Shown: positions 1 through 10,095 of the stretch, one piece after another
Numbering within the stretch: position 1 is the first letter of the stretch
Layout of the letters: each line of letters begins with the position of its first letter
Assembly: GCA_965215125.1 (NCBI GenBank)
Contig: OZ244052.1
Span: forward strand, 672,001 to 736,000
Reading direction: 5' to 3'
Origin: an uncultured candidatus Porisulfidus sp.
GTDB taxonomy: Bacteria; Pseudomonadota; Gammaproteobacteria; Poriferisulfidales; Oxydemutatoraceae
DNA length: 64,000 nt
Notes under the pieces: generated by a model
What the model saw: the letters and a program-made list of their open reading frames with translations, nothing else
The model's database searches: none
What the model was told of the DNA's origin: nothing
Position numbers and translations under genes: made by a program

Positions 1-1
1 A

Positions 2-214
2 GCAAGTTTTAGGTTGGCAGGTCAAGGTTGGTACGAAACCGATTTCAAAACTAAAAATCAACGTAATTTAGCAAAAACTCAAGAACCCAAGGCTGATACG
101 AGCAAAGCCAAAGAGACCTCTAAAAAGACCGACGACACACCGAATAAAACCGCGAATGCCAAGAATAGCACGCCTAAACCACAAACCACTCAGTCGGCTA
201 AGACCTCAACCTAA
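2..214 (+). CDS. FmdB-family zinc-ribbon protein, 3' part (truncated by window edge)
   Basis: Frame reads ASFRLAGQGWYETDFK, the FxLxGxGWYxTDF motif, then a low-complexity K/T/S tail; usual position upstream of aspS. Confidence 0.8.
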   Translation, partial: ASFRLAGQGWYETDFKTKNQRNLAKTQEPKADTSKAKETSKKTDDTPNKTANAKNSTPKPQTTQSAKTST

Positions 215-230
215 AGCGATTCAATTAACG

Positions 231-2006
231 ATGCGAAGTCATTATTGCGGAGAAATTGACCAACATTCAATCGGTGAAGAAATCAGTGTTTGCGGCTGGG
301 TCAACCGTCGCCGTGATCACGGTGGCGTTATATTTATAGATTTACGCGACCGCGAGGGCATATTGCAATTAGTTGCCGACCCCTCTAATTCCGAAGTATT
401 TGCGATTGCCGAAAAAGTGCGCAACGAGTTCGTGTTACAAGCAAAGGGGGTGTTGCGAGCACGCCCCGAAGAAACCGAGAACCCCGACCTCAAAAGCGGA
501 AAGGTTGAGTTGCTATGCGAGTCTTTGACTATTCTAAACGAAGCCGATACACCGCCGTTTCAGCTAGAAGACCGGGATGTCAACGACGAAATACGCTTGC
601 GCTATCGTTATGTGGACTTGCGACGCCCGCAAATGCTTGCAAATTTGAAAATGCGCGCCGAGATTTTGAAAACACTGCGGGTATTTTTAGACCGACACGG
701 CTTTATAGAAATTGAGACACCAATGCTAACGCGTGCCACACCCGAAGGTGCGCGCGATTATTTGGTTCCGAGTCGCGTCCATCCTAAGAGTTTTTATGCG
801 CTACCGCAATCTCCTCAATTATTCAAGCAGTTATTGATGATGGGCGGTTTAGACCGCTATTACCAGATGCCTCGTTGTTTTCGCGACGAGGACTTGCGCG
901 CCGACCGCCAGCCCGAATTCAGCCAGCTTGATATAGAAACTTCCTTCATGGATGAAACCTCTATTATTGAATTGATAGAGCAGATGCTAAAAGACCTATA
1001 CCGTTGTGTGCTGAATGTAGAACTAGCCGATTTTCCGCGCATGTCTTATGCCGACGCAATGGCGCGCTACGGTTGCGACCGCCCTGATCTGCGTATTTCG
1101 TTGGAACTCAGTGAGTTGACGGATTTGATGCGTGGCGTAGAATTCAAAGTGTTCTCCAAACCTGCCGAGGATCAAGCAGGACGGGTTGCGGCGTTAAAAA
1201 TCCCGCAGGGGACTCGCCTAAGCCGCAAAGAAATAGACGATTACACCGAGTATGTCGCACGCTTCGGTGCCAAAGGACTCGCTTATATTAAATGTGAGTC
1301 CATCGCATCGGGCAGAGAAGGCTTGCAATCTCCTATATTGAAATTTCTTTCCGACGAGGTGATTGCGCAAATCATCGAACGAACACAAGCTCACGATGGA
1401 GATTTGATATTCTTCGGTGCCGGGCATAAAAACATAGTCAACGACTCATTGGCTGCGCTGCGCGTGCAGATTGCCCACGACCTTGACCTCGTAGCTAAAG
1501 AACCTAAATGGAAACCGCTATGGATTATTGATTTTCCGATGTTTGAATACAACTATCAGGCTAAACGATGGGACTCTGTGCACCATCCTTTCACTGCCCC
1601 GGCGACGAACTCGGACAGCTTGCCGGAAAACCCCGGCGATTGCTTATCGCGTGCTTACGATGTAGTGATAAACGGCATAGAATTAGGTGGAGGTTCTATA
1701 CGCATACACGAACAATCGACACAGCGCAAAGTGTTGAAGGTTTTGGGCATTGACGAAGCCGAAGCCGAAGAGAAATTCGGCTTTTTCCTGCAAGCACTAA
1801 ACTACGGCTGCCCACCGCACGGCGGCATCGCTTTCGGCTTGGATCGTATTGCGATGCTGATGAGCGATAGCACCTCAATCCGTGATGTGATTGCGTTCCC
1901 CAAAACCCAAAGTGCATCGTGTCCGTTGACCGATGCGCCTACTTCGGTTAGCGAGACCCAATTAAAAGAACTGCATCTAAAACTCAACAATAGAATCGCC
2001 GATTGA
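231..2006 (+). CDS. aspS: Aspartate--tRNA ligase
   Basis: MRSHYCG start at ATG 231; RRRDHGG, ALPQSPQLFKQLLM, CFRDEDLRADRQPEF, PPHGGIAFGLDR. Confidence 0.98.
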   Translation: MRSHYCGEIDQHSIGEEISVCGWVNRRRDHGGVIFIDLRDREGILQLVADPSNSEVFAIAEKVRNEFVLQAKGVLRARPEETENPDLKSGKVELLCESLTILNEADTPPFQLEDRDVNDEIRLRYRYVDLRRPQMLANLKMRAEILKTLRVFLDRHGFIEIETPMLTRATPEGARDYLVPSRVHPKSFYALPQSPQLFKQLLMMGGLDRYYQMPRCFRDEDLRADRQPEFSQLDIETSFMDETSIIELIEQMLKDLYRCVLNVELADFPRMSYADAMARYGCDRPDLRISLELSELTDLMRGVEFKVFSKPAEDQAGRVAALKIPQGTRLSRKEIDDYTEYVARFGAKGLAYIKCESIASGREGLQSPILKFLSDEVIAQIIERTQAHDGDLIFFGAGHKNIVNDSLAALRVQIAHDLDLVAKEPKWKPLWIIDFPMFEYNYQAKRWDSVHHPFTAPATNSDSLPENPGDCLSRAYDVVINGIELGGGSIRIHEQSTQRKVLKVLGIDEAEAEEKFGFFLQALNYGCPPHGGIAFGLDRIAMLMSDSTSIRDVIAFPKTQSASCPLTDAPTSVSETQLKELHLKLNNRIAD

Positions 2007-2051
2007 GCCGGTAGGTCAATCGGCGTGACCTTGTGCAGAACCTTAACATAC
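1997..2051 (+). repeat. Dispersed palindromic repeat family A, copy 1
   Basis: Stem CGCCGATTGA(1997-2006)/TCAATCGGCG(2016-2025) then TGACCTTGTGCAGAACCTTAA; related copies at ~15.2, 26.6 and 36.2 kb. Confidence 0.85.
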
Positions 2052-2063
2052 TGGGTTCGGTAT

Positions 2064-2918
2064 TTATGGCTTATAAGATGCAAAACCGTGAAGCCTGCCG
2101 ATGATTGATACGGTATAACGCAGTGCCTGTCGTCCTTGCAGTCGTAGAACCTCTATCAAAATTCCTGCTACCGGCTTTGATAATGCGAGTGCCAAATTTT
2201 TAAGTGCCCACGCCGGTTTAATGCGTAGATGCTTTCGCAACATTGCGCCGCGCCCCATGCCGTAAAGATAATGCTTGCGTATCCAAGCATGCAACGACAT
2301 TCCTTCCGGCTTTAGACTCGGATGCAATACTTCGTAGCGTGGCTGATACAGTAACTTTCCGCCATGTTGGAGTATACGCAAAACCAAATCGGTTTCTTCA
2401 CTGCTACCATAACGTGTACCGGCACCCAGATGTTCGTCCAATAAACCAACCTCGGATAAGGTCGTCCGCTTAATTGCCATTGCAGACGCCAAACAGCAAT
2501 CGTAGTTTCTAAAATTTACAACCTCGGGTTCCGGACCGGAATAACGAGAATAGGACTTACCGTCTTCCATATTAAGGCAAATGCCACAAATTGCATCGTA
2601 CTCCGGATGATTGTCGGTAATACCATCTAGAGTCTTTAAGGCATCTACCTTAAAACGCACATCAACATCAACCCATACGATATAATCTCCACTCGCATTT
2701 TTGAATGCTAGATTACGCGAACGAGAGAGACCAATGCCTTCCATGCGCAACCATCGGCAAGGACCACGCGATACCTCTATAGGTGCTTCTTTGTTATCCG
2801 ATTGATCGACGATGAGCGTCTCAAAAGGCTTTGCATAACTTTGCCGTTCTATCGTTTGTAGCAAGCCGATCAACTCGGAACGGTTATTTCGTATCGGAAT
2901 AACAACGGAAAATTTCAT
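2064..2918 (-). CDS. Glycosyltransferase family 2
   Basis: MKFSVVIP start, GLSRSRN, WVDVD (DxD), VGLLDE..EETDL; interrupts the usual aspS-nudB-yebC order. Confidence 0.9.
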   Translation of the reverse strand: MKFSVVIPIRNNRSELIGLLQTIERQSYAKPFETLIVDQSDNKEAPIEVSRGPCRWLRMEGIGLSRSRNLAFKNASGDYIVWVDVDVRFKVDALKTLDGITDNHPEYDAICGICLNMEDGKSYSRYSGPEPEVVNFRNYDCCLASAMAIKRTTLSEVGLLDEHLGAGTRYGSSEETDLVLRILQHGGKLLYQPRYEVLHPSLKPEGMSLHAWIRKHYLYGMGRGAMLRKHLRIKPAWALKNLALALSKPVAGILIEVLRLQGRQALRYTVSIIGRLHGFASYKP

Positions 2919-3022
2919 AATTAAGATATCGTTATTTTCGCTTTATATATCCAACTCGGAAGCATAGACGCTTATAATACATTACCCAAATAAGGAAATT
3001 AAAAATAAAACTGCAATTAAAT

Positions 3023-3475
3023 ATGCATATGTCCGAAAAAGACCGACACTATAAACGCCCCGAATCGGTACTTGTCGTAGTCTATACACGCAGTAACGAG
3101 ATTTTGGCACTGAGACGCAAACAACCGAATTATTTTTGGCAATCGGTCGCCGGCAGTTTAGAATGGGGCGAGACACCGGAACAGGCTGCGCAACGAGAAC
3201 TCTATGAAGAAGTTGGATTGTCCGATACAAGTCTATTGGTCAACCGGCATAGCTATAATGAATTTTTGATTTACCCTATGTGGCGACACCGATATGCACC
3301 GGGCATCATTTCCAATAAAGAGCACCTATTCAGCCTAAAACTAGAGGTGCCGTGTCGTGTCGTGCTGGATCCGAGAGAACACAGCGAATATCGCTGGCTC
3401 TCTTTATCGCAAGCCATAACACAGATTAGTTCGCATACCAATCGTGGCGCAATCGCACACTTATTAGCCGACTAG
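3023..3475 (+). CDS. nudB: Dihydroneopterin triphosphate diphosphatase (Nudix); start may be 3029
   Basis: YKRPESVLVVVY, FWQSVAGSLEWGETPEQAAQRELYEEVG Nudix box, WRHRYAPG. Confidence 0.93.
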   Translation: MHMSEKDRHYKRPESVLVVVYTRSNEILALRRKQPNYFWQSVAGSLEWGETPEQAAQRELYEEVGLSDTSLLVNRHSYNEFLIYPMWRHRYAPGIISNKEHLFSLKLEVPCRVVLDPREHSEYRWLSLSQAITQISSHTNRGAIAHLLAD

Positions 3476-3520
3476 CCTACAATTAGTTTAGAATAGACCG
3501 CAATAACAGAGGAGTAATCA

Positions 3521-4267
3521 ATGGCAGGGCATAGCAAATGGGCAAATATACAACACCGGAAAAAAGCACAAGATGCCAAACGAGGTAAATTATTCACTCG
3601 TCTGATCCGTGAAATCACCGTAGCTGCGCGCATAGGAGACGCAAACCCGGAAAGCAACCCTAGATTGCGTCTTGCGATAGATAAAGCTCTTGCCGCAAAT
3701 ATGCCGAAAGACAGCATTGCGCGTGCCGTCAAGCGTGGTAGCGGAGAAATAGAAGGGGCAGTCTACGAAAATATCAGTTACGAGGGTTACGGCCCCGGTG
3801 GGGTTGCCGTATTGGTAGAATGTACCACCGATAATAAGAACCGAAGTGTGTCCGAAGTACGACACGCTTTTACCCGATTCGGCGGTAATTTAGGAACTTC
3901 GGGATCGGTTTCCTATTTATTCAAGCAATGCGGGGTATTAAGCTATCCTCCCGGTGCCGACGAAGAAGCGATTCTAGACGCGGCGACACGAGCCGGCGCA
4001 GAAGATATAGAGAGCGAGGATAATATAGAAGTTTTGACTAATCCTGAAAACCTGCTACAACTTAAGCAAGCAATGGCAAACTCAGGCATGGAGCCGGACT
4101 CTGCCGAGATAGAAATGCGTCCTACGAATTTAGTGCCGTTGGACGAAAACGATAGTAGTAAATTACTGCGTCTTTTGGAAACACTGGAAGACTGCGACGA
4201 TGTACAGAATATCTATTGCAATGCGAGTTTTGCAGATTCGGTCGTGAACCGAGAAGCGAAGCAATGA
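3521..4267 (+). CDS. yebC: YebC/PmpR family protein
   Basis: MAGHSKWANIQHRK, YEGYGPGG, TDNKNR; GAGGAG RBS. Confidence 0.96.
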   Translation: MAGHSKWANIQHRKKAQDAKRGKLFTRLIREITVAARIGDANPESNPRLRLAIDKALAANMPKDSIARAVKRGSGEIEGAVYENISYEGYGPGGVAVLVECTTDNKNRSVSEVRHAFTRFGGNLGTSGSVSYLFKQCGVLSYPPGADEEAILDAATRAGAEDIESEDNIEVLTNPENLLQLKQAMANSGMEPDSAEIEMRPTNLVPLDENDSSKLLRLLETLEDCDDVQNIYCNASFADSVVNREAKQ

Positions 4268-4761
4268 TGCAGCGTATTTTAGGTATAGATCCCGGTTCGC
4301 TATCCACCGGTTATTCGGTTATAGAAAGCGACGGGCGTACAAACCGTTATATTGCCAGCGGTCAAATTAATACCGCCTCGCTAAATTCCATGGAACGGCT
4401 GGCTATGATCTACGACGGTGTCGCCGACATTATAGAGACTTATCAACCTTCGATGATGATAGTAGAAAAGGTATTCATGTCAAAAAATGCCGACTCGGCA
4501 CTCAAATTAGGACAAGCGCGCGGCGTTGCGATTTGCGCCGGTGTCAAAGCAGGACTTGCGGTGCATGAATACAGTGCGCGTTTCGTTAAAAAGACCATCA
4601 CCGGCAACGGTGCTGCCGATAAAAGGCAAGTCAAATACATGGCGTGCCGGCTACTCAGCATAGCTGAACGAGATCAAAACGACGAAAGCGATGCACTTGC
4701 GATTGCTTTATGCCATGCTTTTGCGACACCATCCGACAGAATACCTAAATTACGCCAGTGA
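4264..4761 (+). CDS. ruvC: Holliday junction resolvase
   Basis: RILGIDPGS, SALKLGQARG, DESDALAIALCH; ATG 4264 overlaps the yebC stop. Confidence 0.96.
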   Translation: MMQRILGIDPGSLSTGYSVIESDGRTNRYIASGQINTASLNSMERLAMIYDGVADIIETYQPSMMIVEKVFMSKNADSALKLGQARGVAICAGVKAGLAVHEYSARFVKKTITGNGAADKRQVKYMACRLLSIAERDQNDESDALAIALCHAFATPSDRIPKLRQ

Positions 4762-5345
4762 TTGCTCGGCTAAGCGGTGAACTTATTCTAAAATCACCAC
4801 CCTATTTATTGATTGAAGTGGGTGGCCTCACTTACGAACTACAAGCACCGATGTCGACTTTCTACAAACTTCCCGAGGTCGGCACGCCGGTTGTCGTATT
4901 AACCCATCTGATTGTGCGCGAAGATGCACACACCCTATATGCCTTTATCAACGAATACGATAAAGCCTTGTTCAAAGAATTGCTCAAGGTGCGCGGTGTC
5001 GGTGCTAAAATGGCACTGGCAATTTTATCCAGCATGGAAGAGGATATATTCAGACAATCTATAGAAAACGAAGATGTGGGCGCATTGTCCGATTTACCGG
5101 GGATAGGTGTAAAAACGGCACAACGATTGATCGTCGAGATGAAGGACCGCTTTAAGGACGAGTTTTGGCAAAGTTCCGCTACAGTCGATGCCGACTCCCA
5201 CAGCGACCAATCACAAGCTGCATCCGGAGCTTTAATCGCACTCGGCTACAAGTCCGGCGAAGCAAAAAGCCTGATTAAAAAGGTGGATACCAAAGGCAAA
5301 ACGGTGGAAGAGATTATTCGCGAAGCACTACGATTAAAAGCCTAA
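4758..5345 (+). CDS. ruvA: Holliday junction branch migration protein RuvA
   Basis: THLIVREDA, GVGAKMALAILS, PGIGVKTAQRL, ALIALGY. Confidence 0.96.
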   Translation: MIARLSGELILKSPPYLLIEVGGLTYELQAPMSTFYKLPEVGTPVVVLTHLIVREDAHTLYAFINEYDKALFKELLKVRGVGAKMALAILSSMEEDIFRQSIENEDVGALSDLPGIGVKTAQRLIVEMKDRFKDEFWQSSATVDADSHSDQSQAASGALIALGYKSGEAKSLIKKVDTKGKTVEEIIREALRLKA

Positions 5346-5366
5346 ATGGGACAATACACTTAAACG

Positions 5367-6416
5367 ATGGATAAAGAAACGAACAACCCGTTATTGAGCG
5401 GCGACCCGATAGCCGAAGAAAAACAAATTGACGACGATGTGCGTCCTCGTCGATTAAAAGATTATATAGGACAATCCTCGGTCAAAGAACAGATGGATAT
5501 ATTTATCTCGGCGGCTAAAGAACGAGGCGAAGCACTAGACCATGTATTAATCTTCGGACCTCCCGGTTTGGGCAAAACAACGCTCGCGCATATTATCGCC
5601 AACGAAATGGATGTCAAAATTCGACAAACCGCCGGCCCCATTTTAGAAAGAGCCGGCGACCTCGCCGCCCTATTGACCAATTTAGAACCCAAAGAGGTAT
5701 TATTTATAGACGAGATTCACCGCCTCAATCCCGCTATAGAAGAGATACTCTATCCTGCAATGGAGGACTTTCAGTTGGATATCGTTATCGGCGAAGGTCC
5801 GGCAGCACGCTCGATCAAACTTGAGTTGCCACCGTTTACCTTAGTCGGAGCAACAACACGCGCCGGTTTGCTCACTTCGCCTTTGCGAGACCGCTTCGGC
5901 ATAACCCAGCGGCTGGACTTTTACCAAAACGAAGAACTCGCACAAATCGTAAAACGCAGTGCGAATATACTTAATGTGTCCATAGACAAAGCAGGCACGT
6001 TTGAAATTGCTCGCCGTTCACGCGGCACGCCGCGTATCGCCAATCGCTTGCTTCGTAGGGTACGCGATTATGCGCAAGTCAAAGCCGACGGAGTCATTGA
6101 TCAACCAATTGCCGATAAGGCACTTGATATGCTCAATGTGGACACACACGGTTTTGACTCCATGGACCGAAAACTACTAGAGACAATTATAGAAAAATTC
6201 TCGGGAGGTCCGGTCGGCATAGACAGCTTAGCCGCAGCGATTAGCGAAGAACGCGGCACCGTCGAAGATGTGATAGAACCCTTTTTAATACAAAGTGGAT
6301 TTTTAATCCGCACCGCACGCGGACGGTTGGCAACCCAATCCGCATACCGACATCTAGGCTATCAAGTGCCTCCCTCCACACCGCAAGCCGAAACCTCCAA
6401 CCAAAGCCTGTTTTGA
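5367..6416 (+). CDS. ruvB: Holliday junction helicase RuvB
   Basis: [43 protein letters not shown]. Confidence 0.98.
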   Translation: MDKETNNPLLSGDPIAEEKQIDDDVRPRRLKDYIGQSSVKEQMDIFISAAKERGEALDHVLIFGPPGLGKTTLAHIIANEMDVKIRQTAGPILERAGDLAALLTNLEPKEVLFIDEIHRLNPAIEEILYPAMEDFQLDIVIGEGPAARSIKLELPPFTLVGATTRAGLLTSPLRDRFGITQRLDFYQNEELAQIVKRSANILNVSIDKAGTFEIARRSRGTPRIANRLLRRVRDYAQVKADGVIDQPIADKALDMLNVDTHGFDSMDRKLLETIIEKFSGGPVGIDSLAAAISEERGTVEDVIEPFLIQSGFLIRTARGRLATQSAYRHLGYQVPPSTPQAETSNQSLF

Positions 6417-6637
6417 TCTTTTGGGTAAATCTCAAACTCGTATTGACCTTACCCGCTTGTGCATTTAGGGTGGTTTGTAGCGACTACACTAACTCCCAAT
6501 TCGGACAATGCCACATTGTTAATCATGCAGAATAGGGTATTATAGGCAGTTGGAGTACCTATAATTTAAGTTTATTTAGATGTCTAGCCCGTGATATTTG
6601 GTATTAATATCTGTCAAACTTTATGGAGAATTAAGAA

Positions 6638-7321
6638 ATGCAATCTGAAATTGGCTTCCTTTCGTTAATTAGCGATGCAACCTTTATCGTGCAACTGGTT
6701 TTGCTCGTGTTGATCATAGCTTCCGTTTTGAGTTGGAGTGCAATTATCGCAAAGTGGCGTGAGTTTCGACATATCAGAAAACAAGCCAATCAATTTGAGG
6801 AACGTTTTTGGTCGGGTATGGAGTTGAGCGAGCTTTACAAAGAGATCGACGTTCAGGAACAAAGCGGCATGGCAAAAATATTTCACACCGGGTTTGACGA
6901 ATATATACGCTTGCACAAGCAGGGATCACTATCGCCGCTTGCAATCGCGGATACTGCGGTGCGTTCCATGAAAGTTGCATTATCTAGGGAAGTTGATGGG
7001 TGGAATAAGCACTTAAACTTTCTATCCGTGGTGGCTTCTACCTCGCCGTATGTAGGTTTATTCGGTACTGTTTGGGGTATCATGCATGCCTTTCTCGCAT
7101 TGCAAGACGTGCAACAAGCAACGCTTTCTTTGGTTGCGCCGGGGATTGCCGAAGCCTTAGTGGCAACCGCATTAGGTTTATTTGCAGCAATTCCCGCAGT
7201 AGTTGCATACAATCGTTTCAGCGAGCATAGCAATTTATTGATCTCGCGTTACGATAATTTTATAGAAGAGTTTACCGCGATATTACATCGTCAGGTCTTA
7301 CATACAAACACTTCGGAATGA
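6638..7321 (+). CDS. tolQ: TolQ
   Basis: FEERFWSG, SPYVGLFGTVWGIM, VAPGIAEALVATALGLFAAIPAV. Confidence 0.96.
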   Translation: MQSEIGFLSLISDATFIVQLVLLVLIIASVLSWSAIIAKWREFRHIRKQANQFEERFWSGMELSELYKEIDVQEQSGMAKIFHTGFDEYIRLHKQGSLSPLAIADTAVRSMKVALSREVDGWNKHLNFLSVVASTSPYVGLFGTVWGIMHAFLALQDVQQATLSLVAPGIAEALVATALGLFAAIPAVVAYNRFSEHSNLLISRYDNFIEEFTAILHRQVLHTNTSE

Positions 7322-7325
7322 TGCT

Positions 7326-7751
7326 ATGAGGATATTAGCTCGCAACAAAGCGATTGCGGAGATTAATGTTGTTCCGTATATAGATGTCATGCTGGTGTTG
7401 CTGATCATCTTTATGGTTACGGTGCCGTTGATACAACAAGGTGTGGAAATAGAATTACCCGAAAGCAATAGCGAAACGCTTTCGCAAGATAGCGAACAGG
7501 AACCGTTGATTATTACCGTTGATAAAGTCGGTAATTTTTTTATCAATCAGGGCAATCGCGCAAATCAAGCCCTGCAAGAGGAAATTTTGATTAAGGAAGC
7601 CGCCATATTACTTGAACAAAATCGGCATGACACAATCTATGTGCGCGGCGATCGTAATGCACCGTATAGATACGTAATGCAGGCAATGGTTGCATTGCAG
7701 AAAGCGGGAACCGAAAAAATAGGTTTGGTCACCCAACCTCCTGCCGAGTAA
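7326..7751 (+). CDS. tolR: TolR
   Basis: AEINVVPYIDVMLVLLIIFMVT, VRGDRN, IGLVT. Confidence 0.95.
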   Translation: MRILARNKAIAEINVVPYIDVMLVLLIIFMVTVPLIQQGVEIELPESNSETLSQDSEQEPLIITVDKVGNFFINQGNRANQALQEEILIKEAAILLEQNRHDTIYVRGDRNAPYRYVMQAMVALQKAGTEKIGLVTQPPAE

Positions 7752-7756
7752 CTACG

Positions 7757-8791
7757 ATGCGCAAGCAGCGCGGTCTATATTTAAGTTCTACGGTTTTTTC
7801 CGTACTACTACATCTTATATTTTTTTTCACGGTTGCAATTTCCTTGAAAACCTGTGCCGGACCTATTTCTTTGGCAAAACAATCACCGCCACCGCCGATG
7901 GAATCCATAGAAGCGGAAGTCATCACACAGGAGGAGGTGAATACCTACTACGAACAAAAACAACAAAAAGCACTGGCGGAAGAACGCGCACTACAACTTG
8001 AAAAAAAGCGACAAGAACAGGTACAACGCCTAGCCGAAGAGAGAAAAAAAGCAGAATTGTTAAGGCAAAAGAAACTACAAGAAGAAAAGAAAAAACAGGA
8101 AGAGGCTCGACTGGAACAACTGCGTATAGAAGAGAAAGAAAAGCAGCAACAAGCCGAATTAAGACGTAAGGAGGAAGCGGAGCGGGAACGCATGGAACGA
8201 GAACGTCTAGCCGAAGAGAAAAGGAAACAACTGGAGGAGGAACAAAGACGCATAGCGGAGGAGAAAAAAAGACAACTGGAGGAGGAACAAAGACGCATAG
8301 CGGAGGAGAAAAAAAGACAACTGGAGGAGGAACAAAGACGCATAGCGGAGGAGAAAAAAAGACAACTGGAGGAGGAACAAAGACGCATAGCGGAGGAGAA
8401 AAAACGCCTAGAGGAAGAGAAAAAAAGACAACTGGAAGAAGAGCAACGTCGTTTGGCCGAGCATAGAAAAAAAGAAGAAGCGGAACGATTAAAAATGCGT
8501 AAGAACCAAATTGCAATTTGGCAACGGCAATACGAACAGATGATTCGCAGTAGCGTGGAGCAGCATTGGAAAAAACCCCCCACCAGTGTTGAAGGTGGTG
8601 AATGTGTACTTAAGATACGCCAAAATGAAACGGGCGCAATACTGAATGTCAACTTCTTACGCTGCGAGGGCGATAAATTATTCGTACGCTCGGTTGAAGC
8701 AGCGGTATGGAAAGCCGACCCGCTTCCGACAGCACCTTCCCCGGAAGTATTTGACTCGGAAATTGAATTTACCTTTAAGAGGGATTATTGA
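7757..8791 (+). CDS. tolA: TolA
   Basis: N-terminal TM with SxxLH motif, long E/K/R/Q helical region, C-terminal SVEAAVWKADPLP; between tolR and tolB. Confidence 0.9.
   Translation: MRKQRGLYLSSTVFSVLLHLIFFFTVAISLKTCAGPISLAKQSPPPPMESIEAEVITQEEVNTYYEQKQQKALAEERALQLEKKRQEQVQRLAEERKKAELLRQKKLQEEKKKQEEARLEQLRIEEKEKQQQAELRRKEEAERERMERERLAEEKRKQLEEEQRRIAEEKKRQLEEEQRRIAEEKKRQLEEEQRRIAEEKKRQLEEEQRRIAEEKKRLEEEKKRQLEEEQRRLAEHRKKEEAERLKMRKNQIAIWQRQYEQMIRSSVEQHWKKPPTSVEGGECVLKIRQNETGAILNVNFLRCEGDKLFVRSVEAAVWKADPLPTAPSPEVFDSEIEFTFKRDY
8228..8404 (+). repeat. 45-bp in-frame tandem repeat inside tolA (~4 copies, QLEEEQRRIAEEKKR)
   Basis: Unit CAACTGGAGGAGGAACAAAGACGCATAGCGGAGGAGAAAAAAAGA starts at 8228, 8273, 8318, 8363. 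Confidence 0.95.
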
Positions 8792-8793
8792 TT

Positions 8794-10071
8794 ATGCGTA
8801 TACTACATAGGATAACGAGCTTATCCATATTGTTCTTCGTCTTTGCAACCGCGCAAGCCGAATTGAAAATAGAAATCACCGAAGGCGTAGTCGGTGGGGT
8901 TCCGATTACGGTACTGCCGTTTACGGGAGAACCTCAAGACGTGCCTCGCAACTACAGTCAAATTATCGCATCCGATCTAGCATACAGCGGTTTATTCAGT
9001 ATCTTGGACGCGCAGAACTTCTCCCAGCTAGCCCAACCCAACGATACAACCGACTACGAGGCTTGGTTGACAAACGGTGCCGAAAAAATAGTATCGGGCA
9101 CCGTGGACGGCGATGCTCTGATTGTTCGCCTAGACGACGCAGTCAAAGCAACCAAATCAAAAGAATGGAAATTCAACCTTGAAGATAATCTAATCAAAAC
9201 CGTTGCACATTACGCAAGTGATTTAATCTATGAGGAAATTGCCGGTGTAGCAGGAATTTTCAGCACCCGGCTAGCATTTATCAGTTCGGAGAGACTGGGT
9301 CCCAAAGCACGAAGATTTCACCTGAACATAGCGGACGCCGATGGACAAAACGTCTCCGCCATTTATTCGTCGGATACGACACTAATGTCGCCGACGTGGT
9401 CGCCCGATTACAAAAACCTTGCTTATGTCTCTTACGAGAACAACGAACCACAGATATTTACACAAATATTGAGCAGTGGTGCGCGTAGGAATCTATCCGA
9501 AATAATAGGTCCTGCCAATGCGCCTGCTTGGTCCGACGATAACAATCAATTAAGTTTTGTCGCTTCACGCAACGACAACTCGGATATTTATATCTACCGC
9601 TTCGACACCCAAAGGGTTATACGGGTGACCCAAAGCCTGGCAATAGATACAGAACCTGCTTGGATGGGTAACGATGCTTTGATCTTCACCTCGGACCGCG
9701 GTGGCACACCGCAACTGTATCAAGCATCACTCGCGTACGGAAATATCACGCGCCTAAGTTTTGAGGGGAACTACAACGCCGATGCCGATGTCTCGCCCGA
9801 TAGCACCAAGCTCGCTTATATCGGCGAACGCGGTGCCGGGTTTTCCGTAGTCATACGCGATCTAAGCGACAATAGCGAGCTTGCTTTAAGTTTCGGCAAT
9901 CTAGACGAAAGACCTCGCTTTGCACCCAACGGACATCTATTGAGCTATATCACAACCCAGCACGGTCAGTCTGCACTCGGATTGCTAACCATAGACGGTG
10001 CCTTAGGAAAACTAATACCGGTAGAAGCCGATAATATCAGAGGAATTGCATGGTCACCGCTCGTGCGATAA
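8794..10071 (+). CDS. tolB: TolB (divergent); start 8788 or 8794
   Basis: Signal peptide then AELKIEITEG, GIFSTRLAF, MSPTWSPD, FTSDRGGTPQLY propeller repeats. Confidence 0.92.
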   Translation: MRILHRITSLSILFFVFATAQAELKIEITEGVVGGVPITVLPFTGEPQDVPRNYSQIIASDLAYSGLFSILDAQNFSQLAQPNDTTDYEAWLTNGAEKIVSGTVDGDALIVRLDDAVKATKSKEWKFNLEDNLIKTVAHYASDLIYEEIAGVAGIFSTRLAFISSERLGPKARRFHLNIADADGQNVSAIYSSDTTLMSPTWSPDYKNLAYVSYENNEPQIFTQILSSGARRNLSEIIGPANAPAWSDDNNQLSFVASRNDNSDIYIYRFDTQRVIRVTQSLAIDTEPAWMGNDALIFTSDRGGTPQLYQASLAYGNITRLSFEGNYNADADVSPDSTKLAYIGERGAGFSVVIRDLSDNSELALSFGNLDERPRFAPNGHLLSYITTQHGQSALGLLTIDGALGKLIPVEADNIRGIAWSPLVR

Positions 10072-10095
10072 CAGTCTTACCAGAAAATATCAAAA

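Noticed and set aside
156-230. N-terminal extensions in the ORF track for aspS (also ruvC, queC, ftsA, ddlB, murC, ftsW, rsmH, mraZ)
   Set aside because: They overlap neighbouring genes or operators; downstream starts match family N-termini and RBS positions
7923-8652. Long minus-strand ORFs (197 and 234 aa) with repeats
   Set aside because: Antisense shadows of the tolA repeat
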